Assembly (NCBI GenBank): GCA_021498095.1
Contig: JAIZWK010000001.1
Coordinates: 3,600,001-3,632,000 of the forward strand
DNA: 32,000 nucleotides
Source: Candidatus Harpocratesius repetitus
GTDB lineage: Archaea; Asgardarchaeota; Lokiarchaeia; Sigyniarchaeales; Promethearchaeaceae
Direction of reading: 5' to 3'
The translations under genes were made by a program, and so were the position numbers. Positions within the stretch are counted from its first letter, which is position 1; every line of letters begins with the position of its first letter. The notes beneath the pieces are model-generated. The model ran no database searches. It was not told the origin of the DNA and saw nothing but the letters and a program-made list of their open reading frames with translations. Positions 1-7,652 of the stretch are shown here, one piece after another.

Positions 1-281
1 TTTATTTTCCCATATATAGAAAGCGGATTTGGAGTATCAGTTTTGGAATAATTTCCCCGCGAACCATCGAAAATAAAATCTGTGGAGATATAAATTAATT
101 TTCCATCGTTTTGTTTCACCGCATGAGCAACATTTTTTAGTCCAAACGCATTTATTAAATTGGCTCTATCAGGATAATCTTCACATGCATCCACGTTAGT
201 TATAGCTGCAGTCAAAATGACCAGATCTGGCTTATAATCTTGAATAACCTTGAAAACATCATCTTGTTTTGTGATATCCGT
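1..281 (-). pseudogene. rfbD: dTDP-4-dehydrorhamnose reductase fragment lacking its N-terminus; continues beyond the window start
   Basis: Manual translation of a frame missed by the ORF track: TDITKQDDVFKVIQDYKPDLVILTAAITNVDACEDYPDRANLINAFGLKNVAHAVKQNDGKLIYISTDFIFDGSRGNYSKTDTPNPLSIYGKIK, carrying RfbD motifs (TNVDACE, YISTDFIFDG, PNPLSIYGK). No start codon or GxxGxxG segment; it abuts rfbB sequence directly. Confidence 0.9.
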
Positions 282-1123
282 AAATCATCTCCGGGACGAT
301 TTCGTACAATGGTAATTAAATCTTCACTTTTTTCAAAGGTTTGAAGCAAGTATTTAACCATATTTATGTTGGAAACTTCCGCATCGCCACCGAAATTGTA
401 TACTTCTACTGGGATTCCTTTTTCTAATACTACTAAAATCCCACGACAATGATCAGTAACATGAATCCAATCACGAACGTTAGAACTATCTCCGTATACA
501 AGAAGCGGTTTATCTGTTTGAATATTACGGATCATAAGTGGAATGAGTTTTTCTGGGAATTGATACGGCTCATAATTATTCGAGCAACGTGTAATTACGA
601 CGGGCAAATTATAAGTGTGATAAAATGCTTGAACGAGCATATCTGCTGCGGCTTTACTCGAGGAATAGGGACTTCGAGGATGGATGGGTGTTTTTTCAGT
701 AAAGATAGGATCATCAAATCCTAGATGACCGTAAACTTCATCTGTGGAAAATTGGATAAATTTCTTTACCTGATTTCGATTTTTTTTAAAAGCATTTAGG
801 AGAGTTAGCGTTCCTTTAACATTTGTATTGATAAAGATATCGGGATTTGAGATCGAGCGATCTACATGGGATTCTGCAACAAAATTGATGATTACTTCAA
901 TATTGTATTCTTACAACAGATAATCTATAAGTTTATAATTACAGATTGAACCTTTAATAAAATGGTAACGTGTGTGGTTGACAAAATCATGTAAGTTTTC
1001 GGGATTTCCAGCATATGTCATTGCATCAAGATTCCAAATTTCAAAATTTGGATATTCGGTTAAGATAAGTCGGATAAAATTACTTCCGATAAAACCAAGC
1101 CCACTGGTGACAAGAAGTTTCCT
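282..1123 (-). pseudogene. rfbB: dTDP-glucose 4,6-dehydratase pseudogene
   Basis: Single frame reads KLLVTSGLGFIGSNF...DAMTYAGN...[TAA at 911-913]...FVAESHVDRSI...QFSTDEVYG...PRSPYSSSKAAAD...RCSNNYEPYQFPEKLIP...VRDWIHVTDHC...RPGDDLR. AGG sits where ATG is expected (1123-1121, after an AAGGT), there is an in-frame stop, and the C-terminus is missing. The ORF-track entry 212..640 is only part of this. Confidence 0.92.
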
Positions 1124-1305
1124 ATCAGTTTTACCTTAAGAAAATGGTTTATGGATAGAAATATCAGTTATGTTAAATAAATTTGGGTTATTTAAGCAAT
1201 ATCGCAGATTTGATTATATAATCCCTTCAAACTCAAAGTATGAAAAATAGATCTGAAAAAATAGGAAAGATAGCTAAGCATTAAATGATTAATTTTAATT
1301 ACTCG

Positions 1306-2664
1306 CTATTTTATCTGTTGAATTTTTCGACCTACTCCACAATACACGGTTCCAGTTGGAAGCTGAAATGGATCATAAATATTTCGACTATCTACAATAA
1401 TCAAAGGTTTAGCCATAACTTGTTTTAATTGAGCAAAATTCAACGATAAAAATTCTTTATGGTCTGTGAGTACCACCAAACATTGCGAATTTTCAATGGT
1501 CTCATCAAAGTTCGCACTAACTTCAAATCCGTTGACTTTTTCACCGACATAATAAGGATCCCAAATCTTTACTATAGCAGATTGCTTTTGAAGATATTCA
1601 ACTACCCGCAAAGCAGGTGAAATCTGGACATCCCGCACATTCGCCTTATATGATAATCCTAAGACAGTAATTGTTGAACCATTCAAGCACAATCCTACAA
1701 AATTCAACGCATTTATTATCATTTCCAATACATATTGAGGCATTCGATCGTTAATTTCACGGGATACTCGAATTAAAAAGGGAATGTAATCGACTTTCTG
1801 GGCATCTTCAATAATGTAATATGGATTTGCAGGTAAACACGGACCTCCAACGCCGGGACCAGGATAATGTGGTTGAAAATTGTATTTTGTTGAAGCACCT
1901 TTAATAACTTCCTTTATATCAATCCCCAAACGCTCGTAAAGAACCGCAAATTCATTCATTAAGGCAATATTTACATCTCGAAAGATATTCTCAGTTAATT
2001 TTACCGCATTAGCAGTTCCTGGAGTGGAAACTTGGACGATTTCAGCATCAGTAATATTTTTATAAAGTTCAACAATCACTTGACCGATTTCCCAAGAACT
2101 TCCACCAACAATTCGAGCGACTTTATTAAAATTATCAACGATCTTTCCCGGATCGGCACGTTCTGGACATGAACAAACACCAAAATCAGCATTTACTTTC
2201 ATATTACTGGCTTTTTCAATAATTGGTGTTAGAATGGTTTCGATGGTTGTGGGGCTGACGGAACTTTCATTAATAATAATTTTGTTAGGTGTCAAGTTTT
2301 CACCAATTTTTTGGGAGACATCTTTTATAGCGGTATAATCTGGAATTTTATGTGCTGTTACTGGAGTAGGAACACAAATAACTATTACATCACTCTCATG
2401 AATAGTATGTGAATAATCATTCGAAAACACAATAAAGCCTTGATCAACAGCAGAATTTAGTATATCAGGAAGTCCGGGTTCATCGATAAACGTTTTTTTT
2501 TCTTTCAGATCTGCGAGGAGATCTGCATTTATATCATAACCGATAACGTGATAGCCCCCCTTGGCGAACATTAAAGCAGTAGGGAGTCCAATCCGACCGA
2601 GACCGAAGACTCCAATACGAAGAGTTTTTTCGGTGATTTTTTGTTTGATAGTTGTTAAATCCAT
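1306..2664 (-). CDS. Nucleotide-sugar 6-dehydrogenase (UDP-ManNAc/UDP-GlcNAc dehydrogenase, WecC/WbpA/TviB family)
   Basis: GLGRIGLP Rossmann motif, ICVPTP, ESSVSPTT, CPERADPG, KLTENIFRDVNIALMNE, catalytic GGPCLP, C-terminal GLSYKANVRD. Confidence 0.93.
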   Translation of the reverse strand: MDLTTIKQKITEKTLRIGVFGLGRIGLPTALMFAKGGYHVIGYDINADLLADLKEKKTFIDEPGLPDILNSAVDQGFIVFSNDYSHTIHESDVIVICVPTPVTAHKIPDYTAIKDVSQKIGENLTPNKIIINESSVSPTTIETILTPIIEKASNMKVNADFGVCSCPERADPGKIVDNFNKVARIVGGSSWEIGQVIVELYKNITDAEIVQVSTPGTANAVKLTENIFRDVNIALMNEFAVLYERLGIDIKEVIKGASTKYNFQPHYPGPGVGGPCLPANPYYIIEDAQKVDYIPFLIRVSREINDRMPQYVLEMIINALNFVGLCLNGSTITVLGLSYKANVRDVQISPALRVVEYLQKQSAIVKIWDPYYVGEKVNGFEVSANFDETIENSQCLVVLTDHKEFLSLNFAQLKQVMAKPLIIVDSRNIYDPFQLPTGTVYCGVGRKIQQIK

Positions 2665-2797
2665 TTTCTTTCATCTATCGAATATAATAATAGAAAAAAT
2701 GAAAAATGACATATAAATTTCAAGATATTCATAATTGAATCACAAAAGATTTACAGAAGATTGACAAACGTGATATTTTTATGCCCACAATTTTCCC

Positions 2798-4435
2798 TTA
2801 TTTTCCATTGCGAACTTCCTTTTTAATTCGTTGAATATGTCCCCGACCTAAGGCTTTGACTTCGCACCCAAGTTCAAAATATCGCCGAATATCATCATCT
2901 GACAAAATTCCAAAACAATCAATTATTGCAGCGGGGTGACCAACCCAAGCAACAACTTGATCTGGTTGCAAACTGATGTATTCGGAATGTTTAACGGCAA
3001 AAATCACGGCAGAAACATCAGAAAATGATGAAGGCAAATCCTTTAAAACTTCGAGTGTTTGAAGAGAAGATTGATTACGGAAGAATTGGGCTTTTGAATG
3101 ACCATTTCCTGGATAGGTTTGTTGTTCCCGAAATTCCCACCATACATCAACATATGGATCGTGAACTTTAGGAACAGCACCCATTTCGGCTAAGCGCCGT
3201 ATAATAATTTCTGAACCACTATATCGAGTATCACCAACATCTTCACGATATGATGCCCCTAAAATAAGTACATCTGCTGCAGCTATTGGTTGTCCCATAT
3301 TACGGAGAGCATCACGAACCAAGGTCGCCACATGCAAAGATCGAGTATCATTGATATCTATAGCTTTTGGTGTGATGGTAAAAATGTCATCATCAAAGCC
3401 CAAAATATGTTTATATGCCCACATCCCTAAAGCACCATCTTTAGGCAGACAATAACCTCCAATTCCAGGACCAGGAAATAGCAAATTTTTATGAGTAGGA
3501 CGTTTCCGAATAGCATCTCGAACTTTCACCAAATCAACACCATTACGTTCAGCAAACAGGCTCCACTCATCCATAAATGCTAATATTGTTGCACGAAAGC
3601 TGTTTTCAACAATTTTAGCAGTTTCAGATTCAATTGGCTTATCCAAAACGGTAAGTGGGTAGTCTTTAGTATTTAGCACTTCATTTAGAAATTTAACAAC
3701 CCGATCTCGGGCTTCTTCATTAATTCCACTGCACACACGGTAAAAATCTCGTATGCTGGCGATATAATCTCTGCCAGGCATTACTCTTTCGTAACTATGA
3801 GCAAGTAAGGGATCTGAAGTAATATTACGCTGTTTAAAGATTTTTTTCATGATAGGTAAAGCAATATTTTCAGTAGTACCTGGAGGAACTGTAGTTTCGA
3901 TAAGAATTAAAGCTTTGGGGGGAATTCGCTCGGCAATAATCTCAAAAGCTTTTTCAAGATTTGAGATTTCTGCATATCCTTGTCTGCAATTCCCCAATTC
4001 TTGCTTAATATAATCGCATTGAATATCAATTACCACCACATCAGCATATTTTAAAGCATCATACGAAAATGTGGCTATAAGGGTATGTTTTTCTAGCACG
4101 CAGCGATGAATCATGGGAATCACTTCCGGATCTTCGGCTTTCACTGGACATTCTCCCCGATTCAATAAGGGAATTTTCCAAAAACTACGTACACTCGGCC
4201 TTTGCATTCCAATGACAAACTTTGCTGGATTTCCTTCCGAATCGGTACTATCAGCAATAATAGCAGCCATGATAGCTCCGACAAACCCAACTCCCATCAC
4301 CACTACAATCTCGCGCCCAATTTTTTGTTGACTTCGGACCAATTGAGCTAATTTTTCATTTTCTTGAAGATATTCAGCTTCAGTAGGTAATGGAAATATT
4401 TCTCCACTAGGGCTGACAGAATTGTTTCTCTCCAT
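2798..4435 (-). CDS. Nucleotide-sugar dehydrogenase, UDP-glucose/GDP-mannose dehydrogenase family, long (545 aa) subtype
   Basis: GVGFVG, ETTVPPGTT, HSYERVMPG, KIVENSFRA, catalytic GIGGYCLPKD, GASYREDVGDTRYS; about 40-aa N-terminal extension. Confidence 0.92.
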   Translation of the reverse strand: MERNNSVSPSGEIFPLPTEAEYLQENEKLAQLVRSQQKIGREIVVVMGVGFVGAIMAAIIADSTDSEGNPAKFVIGMQRPSVRSFWKIPLLNRGECPVKAEDPEVIPMIHRCVLEKHTLIATFSYDALKYADVVVIDIQCDYIKQELGNCRQGYAEISNLEKAFEIIAERIPPKALILIETTVPPGTTENIALPIMKKIFKQRNITSDPLLAHSYERVMPGRDYIASIRDFYRVCSGINEEARDRVVKFLNEVLNTKDYPLTVLDKPIESETAKIVENSFRATILAFMDEWSLFAERNGVDLVKVRDAIRKRPTHKNLLFPGPGIGGYCLPKDGALGMWAYKHILGFDDDIFTITPKAIDINDTRSLHVATLVRDALRNMGQPIAAADVLILGASYREDVGDTRYSGSEIIIRRLAEMGAVPKVHDPYVDVWWEFREQQTYPGNGHSKAQFFRNQSSLQTLEVLKDLPSSFSDVSAVIFAVKHSEYISLQPDQVVAWVGHPAAIIDCFGILSDDDIRRYFELGCEVKALGRGHIQRIKKEVRNGK

Positions 4436-4614
4436 ATAAAAAGAAATTACAAATGTCTTTTGAAGTATTTGGTTTAATGATAGAATATTACAAAAATTTC
4501 TTCTAAAATCCCATTATCTTATACATCTCAAGAAAGCGGGATAAAACTTAAATTAGGAAATTTAATAAAAAAAGAATAAAAAGAACTCATCTTTCTTGAA
4601 AAGTGGAAAGAAAC

Positions 4615-5577
4615 CTACTGTTTTTGTAAAATAATCGTTTTATAGTAATTTAAATATTCTTGAAATCCCGAAATGACATCATATTCCGCTGTATAGCTTA
4701 AAATTTGCTGAGCCTTCTTTATATCACCGAAACTATGCAAAATATCACCCTTGCGAATTGGACCATATTCAATTTTTAATCCATCCACGCCTGATTCGCG
4801 AATCATAATTTCTGTTAGTTCTTGCAATGAAATCGGTTTACCTGCAGCGATATTCATCACTTCTCCCGCAGCTTTCTGTGAAAGGCCTGCTAAAAGATTT
4901 GCACGCACCACATCCTTTATATACGTAAAGTCCCGAGATTGGGTTCCATCACCAAAAATTACAGGATTTTTGTGCTCAAAGATCCGGGCGATAAAAATAG
5001 CAATTACACCGCTGTACGGTGAATCTTTCTGCCGGGGACCGAAAACATTAAAATATCTAAGTGATGTCGTGTTCAATCCATAAACTCGATGATATGAGAC
5101 CATATAAGCTTCAGCAGCGTATTTCGCCACACCATAAGGTGAAATAGGATCCAAATGCATTTTTTCGTGTTTGGGTAATGTAGGTGTATCACCATAAACA
5201 GATGAACTTGATGCAAAAACAATTTTTTCGACATCTCGAATGCGTGCAGCATTTAAAATATTTAGGGTTCCACTTACATTCACGCTGTTACAGAGTTCCG
5301 GCATTAAAATGGATTGTGGAACACTGGTAAATGCGGCTTCATGAAAAACAATATCAATATCCTTCATCAAATAAAGGAGTCGATCATAATCTCTAACATC
5401 TGTTTTATAAAACGTAAAATTAGGATTTTTTTGAGCGAGAGCTAGGTTTCCCATCCGTCCATTAAACATATTGTCGATTCCAATGACAGTAGCACCTTGT
5501 GAAAGCAATTCATCCGTTAGATTGCTTCCAATGAAACCGGCGGCACCAGTTACAAGGACTCGTTTTCCTTCATACAT
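4615..5577 (-). CDS. NAD-dependent epimerase/dehydratase (extended SDR, WbpP/UDP-GlcNAc(A) 4-epimerase-like)
   Basis: TGAAGFIGSNL, HEAAFTSVPQS, ASSSSVYG, SPYGVAKY (YxxxK), RYFNVFGPRQ, SPYSGVIAIF, GDGTQSRDFTY. Confidence 0.92.
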   Translation of the reverse strand: MYEGKRVLVTGAAGFIGSNLTDELLSQGATVIGIDNMFNGRMGNLALAQKNPNFTFYKTDVRDYDRLLYLMKDIDIVFHEAAFTSVPQSILMPELCNSVNVSGTLNILNAARIRDVEKIVFASSSSVYGDTPTLPKHEKMHLDPISPYGVAKYAAEAYMVSYHRVYGLNTTSLRYFNVFGPRQKDSPYSGVIAIFIARIFEHKNPVIFGDGTQSRDFTYIKDVVRANLLAGLSQKAAGEVMNIAAGKPISLQELTEIMIRESGVDGLKIEYGPIRKGDILHSFGDIKKAQQILSYTAEYDVISGFQEYLNYYKTIILQKQ

Positions 5578-5734
5578 ATAATATCAAATTATTTAAGATA
5601 AGATCAAAAATGAAATTATCGCAATGATCTAAAATAGAATAAATTAGAAAGAGAATTATTAGAAAAAGAATCAAAAAAATATATAAGAATACATATAGAA
5701 ATACATAGTATTTTAAATAGGCATTTCATGAATT

Positions 5735-6268
5735 TTACGAAAGATATTCTCGTAATGAGGGATTTTTTTTGTCTCGGGTAGATAATATCGGAGATTCTAC
5801 TTTCCAATCCACATGAATTTCTGGATCATTCCATAAAATTCCTCGTTCTAATTGTGGATTATAGTATTCATCCACTTTGTATTGAATTTCTGCAGTTTCT
5901 GAAAGAACTGAAAATCCATGTGCAAATCCTTTGGGAATACAAACCTGTAGGAAATTTTCAGCTGAAAGTTCCACACCCCACCATTGCTTAAATGTGGGAG
6001 ATTCTGGTCGAATATCAACCATTACATCCCAAATTTTCCCCACCACACACCGTACTAACTTGGTCTGTCCAGGATTAATTTGAAAATGCAGACCTCGAAC
6101 AGTATTTTTCACCGATTTGGAATGATTATCTTGTCGAAAAACGATGTCAATTCCTATATCGCAAAATTTCTTGTAGGAATAAGATTCCAAGAAAAAACCG
6201 CGGTTATCATGAAAAACTCGGGGTTTAATCAACCAAACATCAGGAAAAGGCGTTGAAATTTTCTCCAT
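5735..6268 (-). CDS. rfbC: dTDP-4-dehydrorhamnose 3,5-epimerase
   Basis: DNRGFFLESY, QDNHSKS, VRGLHFQ, QTKLVRC, DIRPESPTF, PKGFAHGF, YKVDEYYNP, GILWNDPEI. Confidence 0.96.
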   Translation of the reverse strand: MEKISTPFPDVWLIKPRVFHDNRGFFLESYSYKKFCDIGIDIVFRQDNHSKSVKNTVRGLHFQINPGQTKLVRCVVGKIWDVMVDIRPESPTFKQWWGVELSAENFLQVCIPKGFAHGFSVLSETAEIQYKVDEYYNPQLERGILWNDPEIHVDWKVESPILSTRDKKNPSLREYLS

Positions 6269-6270
6269 AA

Positions 6271-7356
6271 TTAGATATCACCAATAAATTCATCAATATG
6301 ATATTTATAAAGGAATTTTTTTATATTAATTCTCTGTTGAAGTTCAAATGATTCAATTGCACCTAATAAAATGACCATTGTCCAAAAATTATCACGAATC
6401 GATGTGGGATGTGATGTCCCTGTTCGAATTGCATGCACAAATTTAGCCACACTATCGGGCCAACCTGGTGGGTAGGTCCATTGATTATCAATATCTCCGA
6501 TATTTTCCCCCAATTCTTCTTTTTCACCTTCAATTGGATAAAACATTGGCGATTCATTTTTGGTGTTCACAATAGTCCCTTTTTCTCCGTACATGGTGAA
6601 CTGGGTATGTCCTGATGTAGTTGGCCCCGCTACAGATTCTTGATTGGCAGTCAAATGCCATTCGGTGCCGTTTTCAAAAGTTACATTCAAAAGGAGCGAT
6701 GAATATCCGAGAATTTTTGAATGAGGGGGGCGTATAAACTTAGCCCATACTGTTTTCGGCTTGGAATTCAAATAATATCGCATCGAATCAATAATATGCA
6801 CATACCAATTGAAAGCACTGATATAGAGATTCTGCTGGCGCCACCACTTTTTAAAATGATAATTATTCTGAGAAAATTCGGAATTAACCAAAAAAACCCT
6901 TCCAATTTTTCCATTCTGCACCGCATTATAAATGGCATTAACACGAGGGTTCCATCGATATTGTTGATTAACTGCAGTAATAATTCCGTTCTCTTCAGCC
7001 AGCTTTTGTGCGTGTAAAACATGCCGAAATTGATCAATCGAAACGCATAATGGTTTTTCGGTAAGAACGTGAATCCCTCGGTTAATTGCATCAATTATAT
7101 AACGTGTGTGATATTGTGGAGGTGTTGCAATTACCACTGCGTCAATTGAGTGGTTATTGTATGCTTGTTCGATGGTTGAATAAGTTTTTAGGTTTGGGAA
7201 TTGATAATTAGAGAGTTTTTCGAATGATTTGGGGTCTGGGTCCGCTACAGCAATAAGATCAACATCGGGGTTGTTCTGAAAGGCGTCCAACCAGCGTGGG
7301 GCAATGTGGCCGCAACCGATAAGTGCGAATTTAAGCGGTGAAGTAGATGGAGTCAT
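6271..7356 (-). CDS. Gfo/Idh/MocA family NAD(P)-dependent oxidoreductase
   Basis: ALIGCGHIA, DAVVIATPPQYH, HVLTEKPL, VNQQYRWNP, GKIG, HIIDSMRY. Confidence 0.9.
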   Translation of the reverse strand: MTPSTSPLKFALIGCGHIAPRWLDAFQNNPDVDLIAVADPDPKSFEKLSNYQFPNLKTYSTIEQAYNNHSIDAVVIATPPQYHTRYIIDAINRGIHVLTEKPLCVSIDQFRHVLHAQKLAEENGIITAVNQQYRWNPRVNAIYNAVQNGKIGRVFLVNSEFSQNNYHFKKWWRQQNLYISAFNWYVHIIDSMRYYLNSKPKTVWAKFIRPPHSKILGYSSLLLNVTFENGTEWHLTANQESVAGPTTSGHTQFTMYGEKGTIVNTKNESPMFYPIEGEKEELGENIGDIDNQWTYPPGWPDSVAKFVHAIRTGTSHPTSIRDNFWTMVILLGAIESFELQQRINIKKFLYKYHIDEFIGDI

Positions 7357-7620
7357 ATGAGTGATATAGCCTTTGTTGAGTTAAAATTATTATTAAGGAA
7401 TTCTAAAATTGAATTGAACTAAACTTTAAATAAACAAAATTAAGAAAAAGTTTTTAATCAGGCAAAAAAACGGTCTTTTCTCCAAAATCAAAGATTTTTT
7501 TATTTTTATATTAACATTATTCTATATTTAATCAATATAATATAATCTACTGAGTTAAGAAAGAATTTTTTTACGATATTTCTAGCTTATACTAGGATTA
7601 CCATTTATGTATCAAATTCC

Positions 7621-7630
7621 TTTTTAAATA
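7621..7630 (+). promoter_or_regulatory. Possible archaeal TATA box for a leaderless transcript of the surface protein
   Basis: TTTTTAAATA ends about 23 nt upstream of ATG 7653 and no SD is visible. AT-rich background makes this weak. Confidence 0.3.
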
Positions 7631-7652
7631 TATAGAAAATTTCGCACCAGAT

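Noticed and set aside
776-790. Suspected frameshift at the T8 run in rfbB
   Set aside because: Manual translation stays in frame (LNAFKKNRNQVKKFIQFSTDEVYG)
911-913. In-frame TAA in rfbB as evidence of stop-codon recoding
   Set aside because: All other long ORFs end normally at TAA/TAG/TGA with no internal stops, and this gene has several other lesions
7555-7652. Frameshifted signal peptide upstream of the surface protein (LRKNFFTIFL / LILGLPFMYQ)
   Set aside because: Needs two frameshifts and has no ATG; AT-rich DNA yields such hydrophobic peptides readily
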